From Ostrea edulis (Eukaryota), in NCBI RefSeq assembly GCF_947568905.1, contig NC_079172.1:22878001-22942000 (forward strand): a DNA stretch of 64,000 bases, given 5' to 3'. This document shows positions 50,910 through 64,000 of this stretch, piece after piece. The position numbers and the translations under genes are program-made. Every line of letters starts with the position of its first letter. Within the stretch, counting starts at the first letter, position 1. Below the pieces are notes generated by a model. The model was not told where the DNA came from, did no database searches, and worked only from the letters and a program-made list of their open reading frames with translations.

Positions 50910-51332
50910 ATACAGTCTGTCAGCATAGTGTTTAGATTGATTTACTGATCTCTCATACAGTCTGTCAGCATAGTGTTTAGATTGATTTACTGATCTCTCA
51001 TACAGTCTGTCAGCATAGTGTTTAGATTAATTTACTGATCTCTCATACAGCCTGTCAGCATAGTGTTTAGATTGATTTACTGATCTCTCATACAGTCTGT
51101 CAGTATAGTGTTTAGATTGATTTACTGATCTCTCATACAGCCTGTCAGTATAGTGTTTAGATTGATTTACTGATCTCTCATACAGTCTGTCAGTATAGTG
51201 TTTAGATTGATTTACTGATCTCTCATACAGTCTGTCAGTATAGTGTTTAGATTAATTTACTGATCTCTCATACAGTCTGTCAGTATAGTGTTTAGATTGA
51301 TTTACTGATCTCTCATACAGTCTGTCAGCATA
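50910..51332. repeat. 45-bp tandem array, left part (about 9 units)
   Basis: Unit atagtgtttagattgatttactgatctctcatacagtctgtcag(t/c). Confidence 0.95.
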
Positions 51333-51846
51333 TAGTCCAGTCATTCTACGCCAGATTGTGCTGAACCTAGAACTAATTGCAACAGAAATGTTTTTATGTT
51401 TTTTGGATAGCTTACAGTGTCCTTTATGCTATATTAAAAATCGCCATCAATTGAAATTTGCATTAGATAGATTTTTGAGGTAAAAATCACGGATTTTGAA
51501 GAAAAATCGCAAAAAACTGGAAATCATAAATACAAAGCTTTAGTCTGAAAAATAGTCCATTTTAGTTATTTGAAAACTAAATACTGTTAGACAGAAATGT
51601 GATTTCCAACAGCTAAGATTGATAATTAACTTTCATAAACATGACAAAGCAAGTTCTATTTTGTAAGCCTCTTAGATAACGTTTAACAAAGTTATCATAA
51701 TGTTTTGATTCACAGCTATCTTTTACATTTCATCTTTATTCCTATATCTTACTGTTTTTAATATTATGAATCATCGGAATCTTCATTTGGGCTAAAATCG
51801 TACACGCAAGTTGTGCCTCGACACTCGGTACATGCTATTGAGCATT

Positions 51847-52095
51847 CTAGTCCATGTTTTCTGTAGTTTGTTTGGTATCACAACTGATTTTGCATCTACA
51901 ATAAATTGTTTTTAAGAGTTCGTCAGGTGCAGGAAGCATGGTTGATCTTACAGGTAAGCACATATTCCCTTCAATGGTCCACCCAAAGTCCGTCAAATTC
52001 ATGTTTTCGTCATTACCAGTCCATTGTTTTACTTGATAGAATGCTCTAAGAGAATGATATTTTGTTGCATTTGATGTTGGTGGAAGAGTGTGCAC
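51847..52095 (-). pseudogene. Academ-type transposase C-terminal fragment
   Basis: LPPTSNATKYHSLRAFYQVKQW...GW...PAPDELLKTIYCRCK..C pattern. Confidence 0.7.
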
Positions 52096-52182
52096 TTCAA
52101 CCGATGTTGTACATGTAATTCCTAGGGCGATTTATCCTTGAAATGTTACTTTAAATTGAATATACACTAAAATTTACCCTCT

Positions 52183-52493
52183 CCGCCACACTGATCTATA
52201 GGTTAGAGCGTTCGAATCCCTGGCGTGACAGAACTAAGTCGTTAAAATAGGTAGTGACAGTTCCATTGCCAAACGCTCGGCATCAGGTGTGAATGTCACG
52301 GGTCCTCGAAGATGACCTTAAAAACGGATGTCCCGTGTCACAGTAGGTGTGGCACGTTAAACAACCCTCACTGCTCAATGACCGTAATTACCGAGCAAAG
52401 GTCTAAAGTTGAAGCTCTTCACCGGTCTTGGTGACGTCTCCATATGGGTGAAAAATTCTCCCGAGAGACTTTAAACAAGAAACAATCAATCAA
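52183..52493 (+). mobile_element. tRNA-derived SINE nested in the Academ element
   Basis: B box gttcgaatccc, conserved body, aacaatcaatcaa tail. Confidence 0.7.
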
Positions 52494-53026
52494 AATTCTC
52501 TCATATATATATGACTCACGGTGGGTGTAACCGGTCAGCAGGGGATGCTTACTCCTCCTAGGCACCTGATCCCACCTCTGGTGTGTCCAGGGGTCCGTGT
52601 TTGCCCAACTATCTATTTTGTATTGCTTGTAGGAGTTATGAGATTGATCGCTGTTCGTTATCTTCACCTTGCATATACCTGATAAAGTTATTGTTATGCG
52701 AATTGCTACTCTAAAATTTTATTTAATGGCGCATTAAAGCATCTCATATCATTATAAAGTATGATCTCTCGCCATCAAAAGAGTGATTCAATCTCTAAAT
52801 TATCTTATATGATATTTTTGTTATGAAATTATATATCATATGAGATACTTTAACGAGCCAGGTAAAATTTTGGTGTAGTGATCCACCTTAAGGTGTTACC
52901 TGTAAAGCTAAATTCTCAACAAAGAGAAGCACCACAACATATATAATTTTTATTTATACATGTGTATAGTACACATACCTTTTGTTACAGAATATAAATT
53001 GTAATTTGCATAATGTCCTGAAAGTC

Positions 53027-53105
53027 TTGTCGGATACCCACGGCTGATCTCGTCTTTTACTCATCTGATGAGTAGAAGACGAGATCAGCCGTGGGTATCC
53101 GACAA
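53027..53105. repeat. 79-bp near-perfect palindrome
   Basis: 39-bp arms around a single T (53066), one T/G mismatch. Confidence 0.9.
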
Positions 53106-54198
53106 TGTGAATGCAGGGGCGTAGCTAGAACGAAATGATGTGCGTGCCAAAGGAGGCAGGAAGTCTGGAGGGTCATCTTAACCCCCTGCCTCTCGTGGGC
53201 CCTGGGCGAAACCATAGTAGGAGCACAGGTGTAAAGTTCCAGAAGCTATTGGGGTTTAGCATTTTCTGTTGTCAAAATATGTATATAAAGTAAAACTTAT
53301 ACGGTACCAATTTTGATGCACCAGATGCGCATTTCGACGAACAATGTCTTTTCAGTGATGCTCAAAAACAACAACAAAGTGAACAACACCCGAGTTTGAA
53401 ATCGCTTAACAGAATTTCTAAGTTTTACTTTCTTGTTAAATAAGCGTTCGGTAGATTTTCTCTTTCAAAATTGCAACAAATAATTTATTGAATATCAAAC
53501 AATATAATATATAAATGTTTTGACATTAATTAAGAAGTATTTTTTCGAATAAAATGGAAAAACGTAAATAACGAAATTTCTTGGTACCTTTTTGTTAAAC
53601 ACGCGTTCCATAGATTTATTTTTCGTCTGCATCCCCCTTCTGTCGGATTTCGAATTATTTTGGTACAGAATAATTTTGATTATGATCGTCTGAAGTTGAA
53701 CTAGAATATCCTTGACTAAATATCATTTGAAATACGCCCAATATTGGTTAAAGACGGAGAAATAACAGTTTTATATTACTTTAGTGCATTATGGGTAAGT
53801 AGCGTCTGTTATGTATGGATTTCGTGTTTATTTTAAGTGAATAAAAGTTTATCGGTGCTGAATTATGAGGTGTATCAACTAAGATATGAACTATTTGTAC
53901 ATTTGTATATAAAACTTACGAAAAAAATTCAATTTCGACTGTTTTTAAACCATGATTTCCATTGTCTTGCTATCTCCGGAAAAAAAAAATATAATTCGGA
54001 ACTGGTTATGGCGGCCCAATGGCGTTATTTTCATTTAACAAAATTAGCAACATTTAAAAATTGTTGTAATTTTACTTAAACAAAATATTTATGTGGCGAT
54101 TTTTGATGGGGTGTTCTAGGGATATAGTTCAAAGTTTTTACGCATTTATTTTTTCTGTTGCAATTTGTTCTGGGTTAATTAGTATTATGACTGGACTA

Positions 54199-54856
54199 AT
54201 AGTGTTTAGATTGATTTACTGATCTCTCATACAGTCTGTCAGTATAGTGTTTAGATTGATTCACTGATCTCTCATATAGTCTGTCAGTATAGTGTTTAGA
54301 TTGATTTACTGATCTCTCATACAGCCTGTCAGTATAGTGTTTAGATTGATTTACTGATCTCTCATACAGTCTGTCAGTATAGTGTTTAGATTGATTTACT
54401 GATCTCTCATACAGTCTGTCAGTATAGTGTTTAGATTGATTCACTGATCTCTCATACAGCCTGTCAGTATAGTGTTTAGATTAATTTACTGATCTCTCAT
54501 ACAGTCTGTCAGTATAGTGTTTAGATTGATTTACTGATCTCTCATACAGTCTGTCAGTATAGTGTTTAGATTGATTTACTGATCTCTCATACAGTCTGTC
54601 AGTATAGTGTTTAGATTGATTTACTGATCTCTCATACAGTCTGTCAGTATAGTGTTTAGATTAATTTACTGATCTCTCATACAGCCTGTCAGTATAGTGT
54701 TTAGATTGATTTACTGATCGCTCATACAGTCTGTCCGTATAGTGTTTAGATTGATTTACTGATCTCTCATACAGTCTGTCAGTATAGTGTTTAGATTGAT
54801 TTACTGATCTCTCATACAGTCTGTCAGTATAGCGTTTAGATTGATTTACTGATCTC
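54199..54856. repeat. 45-bp tandem array, right part (about 14.5 units)
   Basis: Same unit and orientation as 50910-51332, in register across the insertion. Confidence 0.95.
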
Positions 54857-56487
54857 TTGGACTCGTCATTTTAAAACGTCGCATGAAAATTTCAATATGG
54901 CGCATTCATTTTAGAAATGGCACGTTGACACTAGCTGGTAACGCGCCATTGTCACTTTCGACAATATGCTTATCCCAATCACTCGGCACAGGGAATACAT
55001 AGAAAATGATACATCTACCATGAGTCCTGTGTTACAGATATTATTAAAAATCATCTTGTGGAAAAGCTGAAGAAATGTTAGTTGAATGCAAATTTAATTT
55101 ATGACATCTTTTCACTTGCCAAAGGAATTATGATTTGACTGTCCAAGTTGATTTCATCCATCAAATTCCTCTTGAAAGAAACCTTGTTTAGACTCATTAA
55201 CTACATAAACAATATTTAAACTTGCAGCACTCGGATATTATGATGCATGAACAAAAATACGACATGGACAAAATATATGATCTACCATTATTACATGGAC
55301 ATATACTATTTCTAATCTAAACCATCGTTAATTTTCTATAGCTACCCGCCAAGCTGCCCCTCTCAATCATCAAGACAGTCACAAGACTCTCAAAAACAGG
55401 CAACGAAATTAAGGGGAAATACTCGCTAAATGCGAGTTAAAAATTGAAATTGCGAGTAAAAAATCATAAGTGATCGCAACTTTTTGCGAGTGAAGAAAAA
55501 ATGATCTTTTCCCGGATTTCCTCTGTTTATTGGCTGTACTTTGAAGTTTACAATAATTTTGTCTTGTGCATAGAAACGCTTTACAGAATCAATATACAAG
55601 TATTGAAAAAGTAAACGTGGATCGAATAAATAACTAAGACCAAGGTCATCTCAGTCGGTGATGTCGAAGATGGCCTACTTCAAGCACACTTCGGGCATCT
55701 CTGTGAAGTCTGATTTAAATAGCAAGCATGTTGATCTCGTCCGTGTCTACATGAAACAACACATGACAGTGTGTCACCGCTTCACGCGGTGTCCTTCTGT
55801 ATTCTATAGTCAAACACTTCCGAGTTCGCGGGGTTTTCTTTTCAACTAGAATTTTTTAGATGAAATTTCCAAAAGGTTTGAACATATAGTTTAAATTGGC
55901 ACAAACAGTCTTCAAGATTTCAATCCACACGATGTTGTAAATAGGTGGTAGATCTCTGGACAGCGAGTACGCCGCACAAGTGTGCGCTATGACCCTCACC
56001 ATGTGTGTTGTCTGACAATTCATTAAATTTTAAATGAAAGAATTCGCAATCTTATTTTTATTATTGCACTTTAAAGGAAATTTTTAAAGATTTCCCCTAT
56101 ATTTTGATAAAGAGACTTGCTTGTTTTTTTAAATTCATGTAAAACAGCAATTGATTGAAAAATGCTAGTAAAAGCTCAATTTTGCTAGTTGGAAAATAAT
56201 CCACTAGCTAAAATTTGCTAGTAGTGAAAAAAGTTAATTTCGATCCCTGCAAAAACCCCTTTTGTTTTTCAATACTCTATGAAGGTGTAAGAAATTCCGA
56301 AAAATATATACACTCACTCATCACTGTATGAAAATACAATTTTTACTGATCATGAGGTTGCTACCTTTAAACAAAAAATTGAATGAAACCTGGATACATG
56401 AAAGTGTATTTCAGTGCTAAATTATGCACCTTTTTAGAAGATGATGTAGGTGATGTTAACAATTTTGAAAAAATTTCTTATCAATAG

Positions 56488-56631
56488 GAGAGGCACTAAA
56501 AGAGGAGCCAAGGTACTGTCCACTCCTCCCCAGCCCTCAAAGAAAGTCCGTGTGGAGCAGAAACCTGCCAAAGCAGATGAATCCCTGACTGTCTCTCCAG
56601 CTAAATCACCAATAGCCAACACCAAGAAAGG
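56488..56631 (+). CDS. MKI67: Ki-67 coding exon 9
   Basis: RGTKRGAKVLSTPPQPSKKVRV...; aatag acceptor, gtatgc donor, phase 2 to 2. Confidence 0.7.
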
Positions 56632-56750
56632 GTATGCTCACTCAATGTTTATAGACACATTATGTCATTAAAGGGACTGATTCACGATTCCCCCCCCCAA
56701 ATTTTGTTTTTCACTTTTAATAATCAAAATCTACTGTCTAATGTGTTTAA

Positions 56751-57001
56751 GGGGTTATGCTACACCAGAGAAATTTGATACAGATGAAAAGTGGAGGATG
56801 TGTACAACTTTAGACACAAAATGGAGTTTTAGTTGAAAGCAATCTGAGAAAAATTTAAATCCCCTAGACTTGAACACACTCAATTTACAGTTCACAACCA
56901 ATGTGCTAACCGACTGAGCTACTCAGCTAATGAGTAGACAAATATTGCTGATATTAATATTTTCATCCATGTTTTTAAAAGGAAGTCAGTCATTATGACA
57001 A
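56751..57001. mobile_element. Second, 3'-truncated copy of the tRNA-bearing TTAA MITE
   Basis: ttaa ggggttatgctacaccagagaaatttgat...ggaagtcagtcattatgacaat parallels 48734-49040. Confidence 0.7.
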
Positions 57002-58319
57002 TTTTTTGTTGTTCATTGAAATGGCTTGATATTCATATCATAGGTAGATATTGAGACCCTTAACTGATCTGCTTGGTCAAAATTACCAATTTGCACACGC
57101 ATGCACGTGCGCTTCTTTTTGATTACATAATACAAAATGTTTGTAACTATCTTATTTATGAAGTGAATGAGTTGATATTTACAGTATAGGTAGATAATAC
57201 GTGTATCTATATATTAGTGTAACAAAAAATGCCAACGCGCAAAATGTTCAATTTTTAAAGGACAATAACGTGGGGTTTTTTCTTCATCAAATTCTATTGA
57301 TATTAAGGGTTTAGATGTGTCTTGGTACTCCTTACAAATTTCTGTGGTTAAAATTACTGTTCAGCACGTGCATGCACGTGTGCTGAATTTTGATTGGACG
57401 GTTTTCAAATCGCTATAACTTCCTTATATTTGATTGAAACGTTATGAAATTCATACTGGGCGTATATGATACAAATGCCTGTTGAATGACATCAACGAAA
57501 GTGCAGAATCATGCACACATGCGCGTGTATGCACGTGCAACGCTTTTTTCATTTCTTGATTACTGAAATGACCATATTGAACGTACTACATGTAATTACA
57601 GGCTTAAATAAAATGAATTTTTGCTATAGGTTTACAATGACATCACTTTTTAATTGGGGGAGGTTTGGAGAACATGTAACGGTCCCCGTTACAATTAGAA
57701 CTAGTTACAGTTGTTTTGATTGGACAGAAATAAAGCTGAATGAGAGTATACACATCAATAAATCCGAAAACGCAATATCTTCATACTCGTCTGAAAACAA
57801 ATAATGTAGTGCGGGAAAACTATTCAAATTTTTGAAATTGTTAATGCAGTGAATGAATTGGAATTATTAGAATCAAACATTCGCACTTTCCAGTTTGTGA
57901 GTAAAATGTCCGAAGTTTACACATCAATAAATTCTTCAAAAGAATGTTTAATCCTATAGTATAGTACCTCTTTAAAAGGTTTATCAAGAAAATTAAGGTT
58001 ATACATTATCGCAGAAGCTCATTTTAGAGTTTATTATTTGTTTCGTAAACAAAGATTGTGGTATGTTATTGTTTACAAAGTTTTCAACAAAATGGATATC
58101 GATCAAAGTTTTTATATCTATCACATTTCAAGTATTATTTAGGTAAAATATGTCATCTAAAAGTTAAATTTGTGTCTGTGGAACATCAAAATCCTTTAAA
58201 TTACAAAATTAACATTTCACTGATTTTAAGGCATGTTCAACATCAAAAATGAAAAATAAAATGATTGGTGACATTCACATATAATTCAACATGTACTCCA
58301 TTATTGTTTTGAATATTAG

Positions 58320-58381
58320 AAGCAGAGCAGTAGCAAAGAAGACACCTGCCAAAAAGACAACTCCTGCAAAGCTAAATACAG
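58320..58381 (+). CDS. MKI67: Ki-67 coding exon 10
   Basis: SRAVAKKTPAKKTTPAKLNT; ttag acceptor, gtatgt donor, phase 2 to 1. Confidence 0.7.
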
Positions 58382-58546
58382 GTATGTATGATTGTAGACT
58401 AGTAATCCTTAGTGCAAAAGATTGACAGTGAAATTTTGCCCTGTGAAATATTTTGATAAGCAGCAATTGTAGGTATTTATGTATGACATGGAAATTTGTT
58501 ATGTTCAGAATGTTTCTTAACACAGACCTAAAGTTATTTAGATTGG

Positions 58547-59472
58547 TTAATGTGGCATGGACACGATTTGAACTTAACATTTTCAAATATTTTTTTTCAT
58601 TTTTAATGTTTAGAATGCTTAACTAAGACATTTTTAATGGTCAGCAAAAATTTGAATGTCAGTTGTCGAGGTATATGAGAGATACAGAGCTCACAATTCT
58701 TTGTTACGTAAACAAGGCTCGTGTCATGTTTTTGTTTAAATAAGTTAGATATACTAGTAAGAGTTTGTTTAAAGCTGATTTTTCATTTACAAGTTAGTTC
58801 TGGACACAATGAACTAGTATACACCTCTTTACTGGCTATGAGGTGCAGCCGGGGGAAATAATTGCTGTCGAGGGGGACATTAAACTTGCTATTGTCCAAA
58901 TAGTCAGTAAATAGGTGTTTTACTACCGAAGTAGACTTTACTTGTGTCAGACATACCAAAGTGAAGTAAACTAACATTCGGCATAAGCCTAGATGGAACC
59001 GACCGAGGTGATCCGAGTGGTAAACTAATTAGAGTTATCAGACTTTGACGTCACAGAAAAGAAAACGCGGGAAAATATAGCATCAGGTAAATAGTTTCGA
59101 GACTATTTCCCTAGGGTGAGATAGTTCAGAAACTATTTCACGGCTAGCGTTATCCAGAAGAAATGGCAAATTTATTCCCCTAACATTTATATAGCAAAAA
59201 CATTCTGAAGTATGATAGTTTAAGATTTCTACTGTTTAGCACAAATCATTTTGTTTTACACATGCTATTTTTTATCAAGCAATCTATATGTAAACAAAAA
59301 CATGGCACGAGCCTTGTTTACATAACAGAATTGTGAGTGCTGTATCTCACTTGTAACTCAAAAGTTGATTTTGAAATTTTGGTTGACCAATAGAAACATT
59401 TTAGTTAAGCATTGTAAACAATAAAAATGGAAAAAATAAAATGTTCAGCTCAATCGTGCTCATGCTCTTTAA
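58547..59472. mobile_element. TTAA-ended MITE with approx. 200-bp imperfect TIRs
   Basis: e.g. gtaaacaaggctcgtgtcatgtttttgttta / taaacaaaaacatggcacgagccttgtttac; TTAA at both ends. Confidence 0.7.
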
Positions 59473-59713
59473 GGTGACCAAAATTGTACCACAACTTCAT
59501 AATGCAAGAATTATAGAAAAACACAGTTGTGTTAAAAGGTTTCTTACGAACAAGCTACGTGTCATGATCCTCATTCAATGGCATTTTCAAACGGTCAAGT
59601 TGACCATAACTTACAGCTCATATGAGCTTTTGTGAATGAAATTTATCAGTGGTCCATTTGTCTGTTGTATGTATGTAGTTAATCTGTCAGTTTTATTTAC
59701 ACAGTGGGGTTAA

Positions 59714-60547
59714 GGTATCCCAAGTAAATTTAACAAGTAATTACAGCATATTCAAATTAAAGTAAAATTCTTCCAAACGTCACATATTTTACTAAAAATT
59801 GTTTGTCAATACATAAGCATCGTACCCTGTGGGGAAAACCCTCAATAAACTATTGTGTCATCATACAAGTGAAGTAGAGCTATTTTTATCCGCTAGACTT
59901 TCAATTGTTTATCACCTCTGCACAGGTGAAAGATGCACTCAAATTTTCTGCATTTTAGGCTTGATATGTCGATATTGATATAATTTAAAAAGTGATCTGG
60001 ACTGGTATGATATCCTCTCATATTTAGCAATTTCCATAACCTTTATTAAAATATTCATATCCCTCATTCACTGCCAAATCTTATGTAAACGAGGTAAAAA
60101 AAAAAAAAAAAAAAAATGCCTTCCCCATCAAAATCATAAATCTGCAATTAGTTACCTTTTAGAAAATCATCTATAGAAAATATCATCGTCTTTCACTTGT
60201 GCGAAGTTGATATGTACACACAATTGGCTATCTTTTTTCTATATGATGATGCACATTGCGGGCAATTTCAAGGTCACAATGTAATATCAAGATTACTAGT
60301 GCACGCTATATAGAAAAACAGGAGACTTATATGTTAAGAAGAAAGAAAACTAAAAATCATTTGACAAACAGATCTACATATATACAGCTTGAACACTTTG
60401 TAGCAGTTGTAAATAGCGAGAAAATGTGACATTTTCCCCCTGTTGTAATTATAAACTTGTACATTGTGACATACTTTTATATTGTGATGTCATAAAGTGT
60501 GAAGTGCACTGCAGTACATTTTGTGATATTTTATTTTTCGGGACACC
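59714..60547. mobile_element. TTAA-flanked non-autonomous DNA transposon (Kolobok-like)
   Basis: ttaa|ggtatccc ... gggacacc|ttaa. Confidence 0.55.
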
Positions 60548-60949
60548 TTAACTACGCTGTGTAGTTCATCTGTCTGGTTTTTGTAAACTTTTTGCTATTA
60601 GCTTCTTATCAAAAACTACATGGTCAATTTCAATCATAGTTGGCACAAAGCATCTACAGTTCTATGATAAGCACCTGTTTACAGTAGTACGAGTAAACTC
60701 GCATATGACAAAATAGCAACAGGGTTTTAAAATTTGAATAAATGGTAAATTCGTAATTAAAACAGGCCGTGATACATTGCTATTAAGTGATTGTACATCA
60801 TGTCAGAGGAAATTGAGTTTGTGATTTTTGACAATCAAAGCGGTGACATTTTGTTGGGTACCAGTGTAATTGAAAACCCTGTATGTATCTATTCATTCAC
60901 ATGAAGTAAATCAAGAAAGATTAATTGGTGAATATATTGTTTATTGTAG

Positions 60950-62769
60950 CTGTAGAAGATGTCCCAAAGAAGAGGGGGAAACATGCACAAACAAATGTTG
61001 GCGTGGTGTCACCTGTAACAGTACAGACAACCCCCAAACCTGTGGCTGTTGTGGCACCCATGAGTACCAAGAAAAAAGTAGAGGAGGAGGCGAAACCTCT
61101 CAAGAATGGAAAAGATAACATGAAGGCTTTGGTCAGCATTACTCCAATGAAAAATGCTTCAGAAAAAGCAGTGAAGCATGATACTAAGGCCTCTGCAAAG
61201 AAAGCTGCAACACCTCCAAAAAAATCTCTGAAGCCCACACCTAGAAAGAATGTCACAAGGGGTAAAGCAGGCGCAAAAGTTGATGCACCTGAAGAAAAGA
61301 ATGAATCTATAGAAATTAATCCAGTAAAAGGTAGAAGCACTAGAGGAAAAGCAGTGGCAAAATCTACACCCAAAAAAGTAGCTTCTCCAGCCAAACCAGC
61401 AGATCGCAAAAGAACTAGGGGTGCTGCAGTCGTGTCTGAAAAAGTAGTTTCACCTCCGGCAAAACGACAGAAAACTGAGGAGACAAAGCAAGCTTCTCCA
61501 GTGAAAGTTAATAAGGGACGAGCAACAAGAGGAAAGAAAGCTGGAGCTGCCATTAAGAAAGTTTCACCAAAGAAAGCAACAAAGGCAGCTTCTCCTGTCA
61601 AACCAGCAACACCAGAAGTGAGTCTTGTAAAGAAGGCAACAAGAGGAGGAAAACGAGCTGCTGTTAAGAAAGTTTCACCGAAAAAAGCAACAAAGGCAGC
61701 TTCTCCTGTCAAACCAGCAACACCAGAAGTGAGTCCTGTAAAGAAGGCAACAAGAGGAGGAAAACGAGTTGCTGTTAAGAAAGTTTCACCGGAAAAAGCA
61801 ACAAAGGCAGCTTCTCCTGTCAAACCAGCAACACCAGAAGTGAGTCCTGTAAAGAAGGCAACAAGAGGAGGAAAACGAGTTGCTGTTAAGAAAGTTTCAC
61901 CGAAAAAAGCAGCAAAGACAGCTTCTCCTGTCAAACTAGCAACACCAGCAGTTAGTCCTGTAAAGAAGGTGGTTGCAACTCCTGCAGTCAGTCCGAAAGC
62001 AACCAGGAGAAGGGGGGGAAGAGCAGCTACGGTAAAGAAAGCAACTCCTCAAAAAGCAGCTAATGAAAAAGAAGTTATCTCAGTGGTTAGTCCTAAAAAG
62101 GGTAGGGCAACCAAACGAAAGGCAGAGAAACCAACTACTGTTACCAAGGAAACACCCTCGTCAATTGCTTTTAGCCCAGTGAAAAAAAGTATGAGAGGTA
62201 AAACAGCGAAAGCAACACCGAAGAAAACGGCAACTCCTGCAGCTACCCGCAAGAGGACTAGAGTAACGGCACCTGAGGGCCCAAATTCCCCCAAACAGCA
62301 GAAGACTATCAGTGAGCCAGCTGGAGTTAGTCCTGTAAAAGCAACAAGAGGGAGAAAGGGCAAGGCTGTGACTGCAACAAAAGCAACTCCCAAGAAGCAG
62401 GAAAAGAGCAAAGCACCCTCTCCAGCAAAAAAAACACCTGTAAAGAAAAACATAGCTCCTGTAGAAGTCACTCCAGTCAAAAAAACTACAAAGGGCAAGA
62501 AAGCTGCTACTTCAAAACAGACCACAAGTAAAGTGGCCTCTCCTGTGGAAAAAGCAAGTCCTGCAAAAGTTAGATCTACAAGGGCCAAAGCATCAGTAAC
62601 CACATCAGCTGCTAAAAAACCCGCACTGAAAAAGGAAGCAAAGAGCAAAACAGCCACACCTCAGAAATCTGCTGCCACACTGAAAGTGTCGCCAAAGAAA
62701 ACAAGAGGCAAGGCTGTGACAAAATCTCCATCCCCAGCTAAAAGGGTAACGCGCCCAAGGAAGAAGTAG
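60950..62769 (+). CDS. MKI67: Ki-67 terminal coding exon 11 (histone H1 tail-like, 38-aa repeats)
   Basis: Phase 1 acceptor, stop TAG at 62767-62769; the 11 exons sum to 5946 nt (1981 aa) in one frame. Confidence 0.85.
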
Positions 62770-64000
62770 AGGTCACAATTTCACATCTCATAAGCACAAA
62801 CAGCTGTACATTGGATTTTATGTATTTATTTTAGAAATATTTTACGAAACAAATTTCACTTGATGAACAGACTTTTATTATGATTGTGTATAAAATGTAG
62901 TCTTAGAATGTGGAGATTTTTATTCACAAAATCTTTTAGTATGTCATTGGGCAGGCAGCAACTACAGGCATGTTCATTTAATATTGAAGTGTTCAGATGT
63001 AGTAAAATGATGAAAATAAAATTTTTACAGTAAAGAAAATGTACATGTATATTTTGTCGTACATTAAGTAGATTAGAATATGTATTTATTGTTTGTACAT
63101 TGTGTGACGGTAATTGTAATGTCTGCATGGAACATCAGGGAATTTTATATAGATATTATATATATAGCCTCGTCTTATTACTTCCTCTCTATCTTTCTAT
63201 TCATTCACTTGCTGTTAGGACGTGTTTGGTATAATTATTATGTATGCCTATGTACTGTCTCCTTATCATTTTGTTAATTTAGGCTTCATGTGTCCCTGTC
63301 GTTTCTATTTTATCGTAATATGTTTTTGAATAGTGCAAATCCCATTCATTGTGTATGCCCTGTATCTGTGGTATAATTTTAGCTATGTATATCTAGAATA
63401 ACCATCTTAAAATCATAACCAACTCTGTTGGGAAGCATTCTAGAACCTCGTGTAGCATGTATTGGTCCAGTAGTGCGGATTTTGACAGTTTTACTCATAA
63501 ATTGTTTTTTCAGATTTGACATTTTATTTGAACAGTACTTTTGACTAAAATTTCATAATTAGTAGTTGGTCCTTCAAGAATAAACTAGTGAAAAAATTGT
63601 TCATGCTTGATCATTGTAATATATTTAAAAAGGTATATTAAAGCATTGTCTCAGACATGTGCTGTCTTTTCTGTGAAAACTTTGGAAAGGAGGCAACATA
63701 AAGGGGGGGGTATGTACAGAGTAGATTTCAGTACATATCCTTTGGCACTTGAATAGGTTCAATATTATATGTACACCTCCAACAAACAGTTTGGTGTGTG
63801 AATAGGACTAATCATCCCTCCCTCTGTCCGGGACAACTACTCGATAGAAGATCGTACTTTAAGCAAATTTGAAATACAAAAATGAAGGTCATTAATGTAC
63901 AGCTAGGGTTCAACAGCATCTTGCGTTAACTAGCCAAAATTTTTACAGCTTTTTAAAATCCGTTTTATTTAAACGAATTTGATTTAGAAAGGATATTGAA

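Larger units (their letters stand above)
51333..54198. mobile_element. Non-autonomous Academ-type DNA transposon (2866 bp) inserted in the 45-bp array
   Basis: TAGTCCAGTCAT...ATGACTGGACTA termini, imperfect approx. 60-bp TIR, 3-bp TSD ATA (51330-51332 and 54199-54201), transposase C-terminal remnant inside. Confidence 0.8.

Noticed and set aside
50910-54856. 45-bp arrays as a CRISPR-like locus, and the 54196-54444 ORF
   Set aside because: Units are contiguous with no unique spacers, the context is a eukaryotic intron, and the ORF is just the 15-aa translation of the repeat

Overview
Eukaryotic (bivalve, most likely oyster) genomic DNA. The centre of the window is an apparently intact, young 20.4-kb Polinton/Maverick (adintovirus-like) element at 8989-29383. 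It has AGTAGT...ACTACT ends, ~345-bp TIRs whose outer 158 bp are identical, and a perfect 6-bp TSD (TATGAA). It sits inside a satellite-bearing Helentron-type repeat. The left two-thirds carry the core virus module (pPolB, packaging ATPase, chromodomain integrase, minor and major capsid proteins, core/lytic proteins, cysteine protease) plus a BIR-RING IAP. The right third (22.5-29 kb) is a dense accessory region: a GADD34/ICP34.5-type PP1 recruiter, a macrodomain, a Pro-rich RING protein, four tandem helical paralogues with a Bcl-2 BH1-like signature, an apparently inactivated CRESS-type HUH Rep domain and a double zinc-knuckle protein. The most striking observation is non-coding. Two accessory genes end in replication-dependent histone mRNA 3' stem-loops with a purine-rich downstream element, and the same two genes share a duplicated promoter resembling the histone H4 HiNF-P element. 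A third gene has a variant stem-loop. This suggests a virus/transposon expressing non-histone genes through the host histone-gene pathway. Host genes are the first four coding exons of an SLC49A3/MFSD7 transporter (minus strand), an unidentified Lys/Ser/Thr-rich gene (minus strand) and an 11-coding-exon Ki-67 (MKI67) orthologue (plus strand). Introns contain an Academ derivative, SINEs, TTAA-flanked MITEs and 45-bp arrays. All family assignments come from motif recognition by eye; no searches were run.
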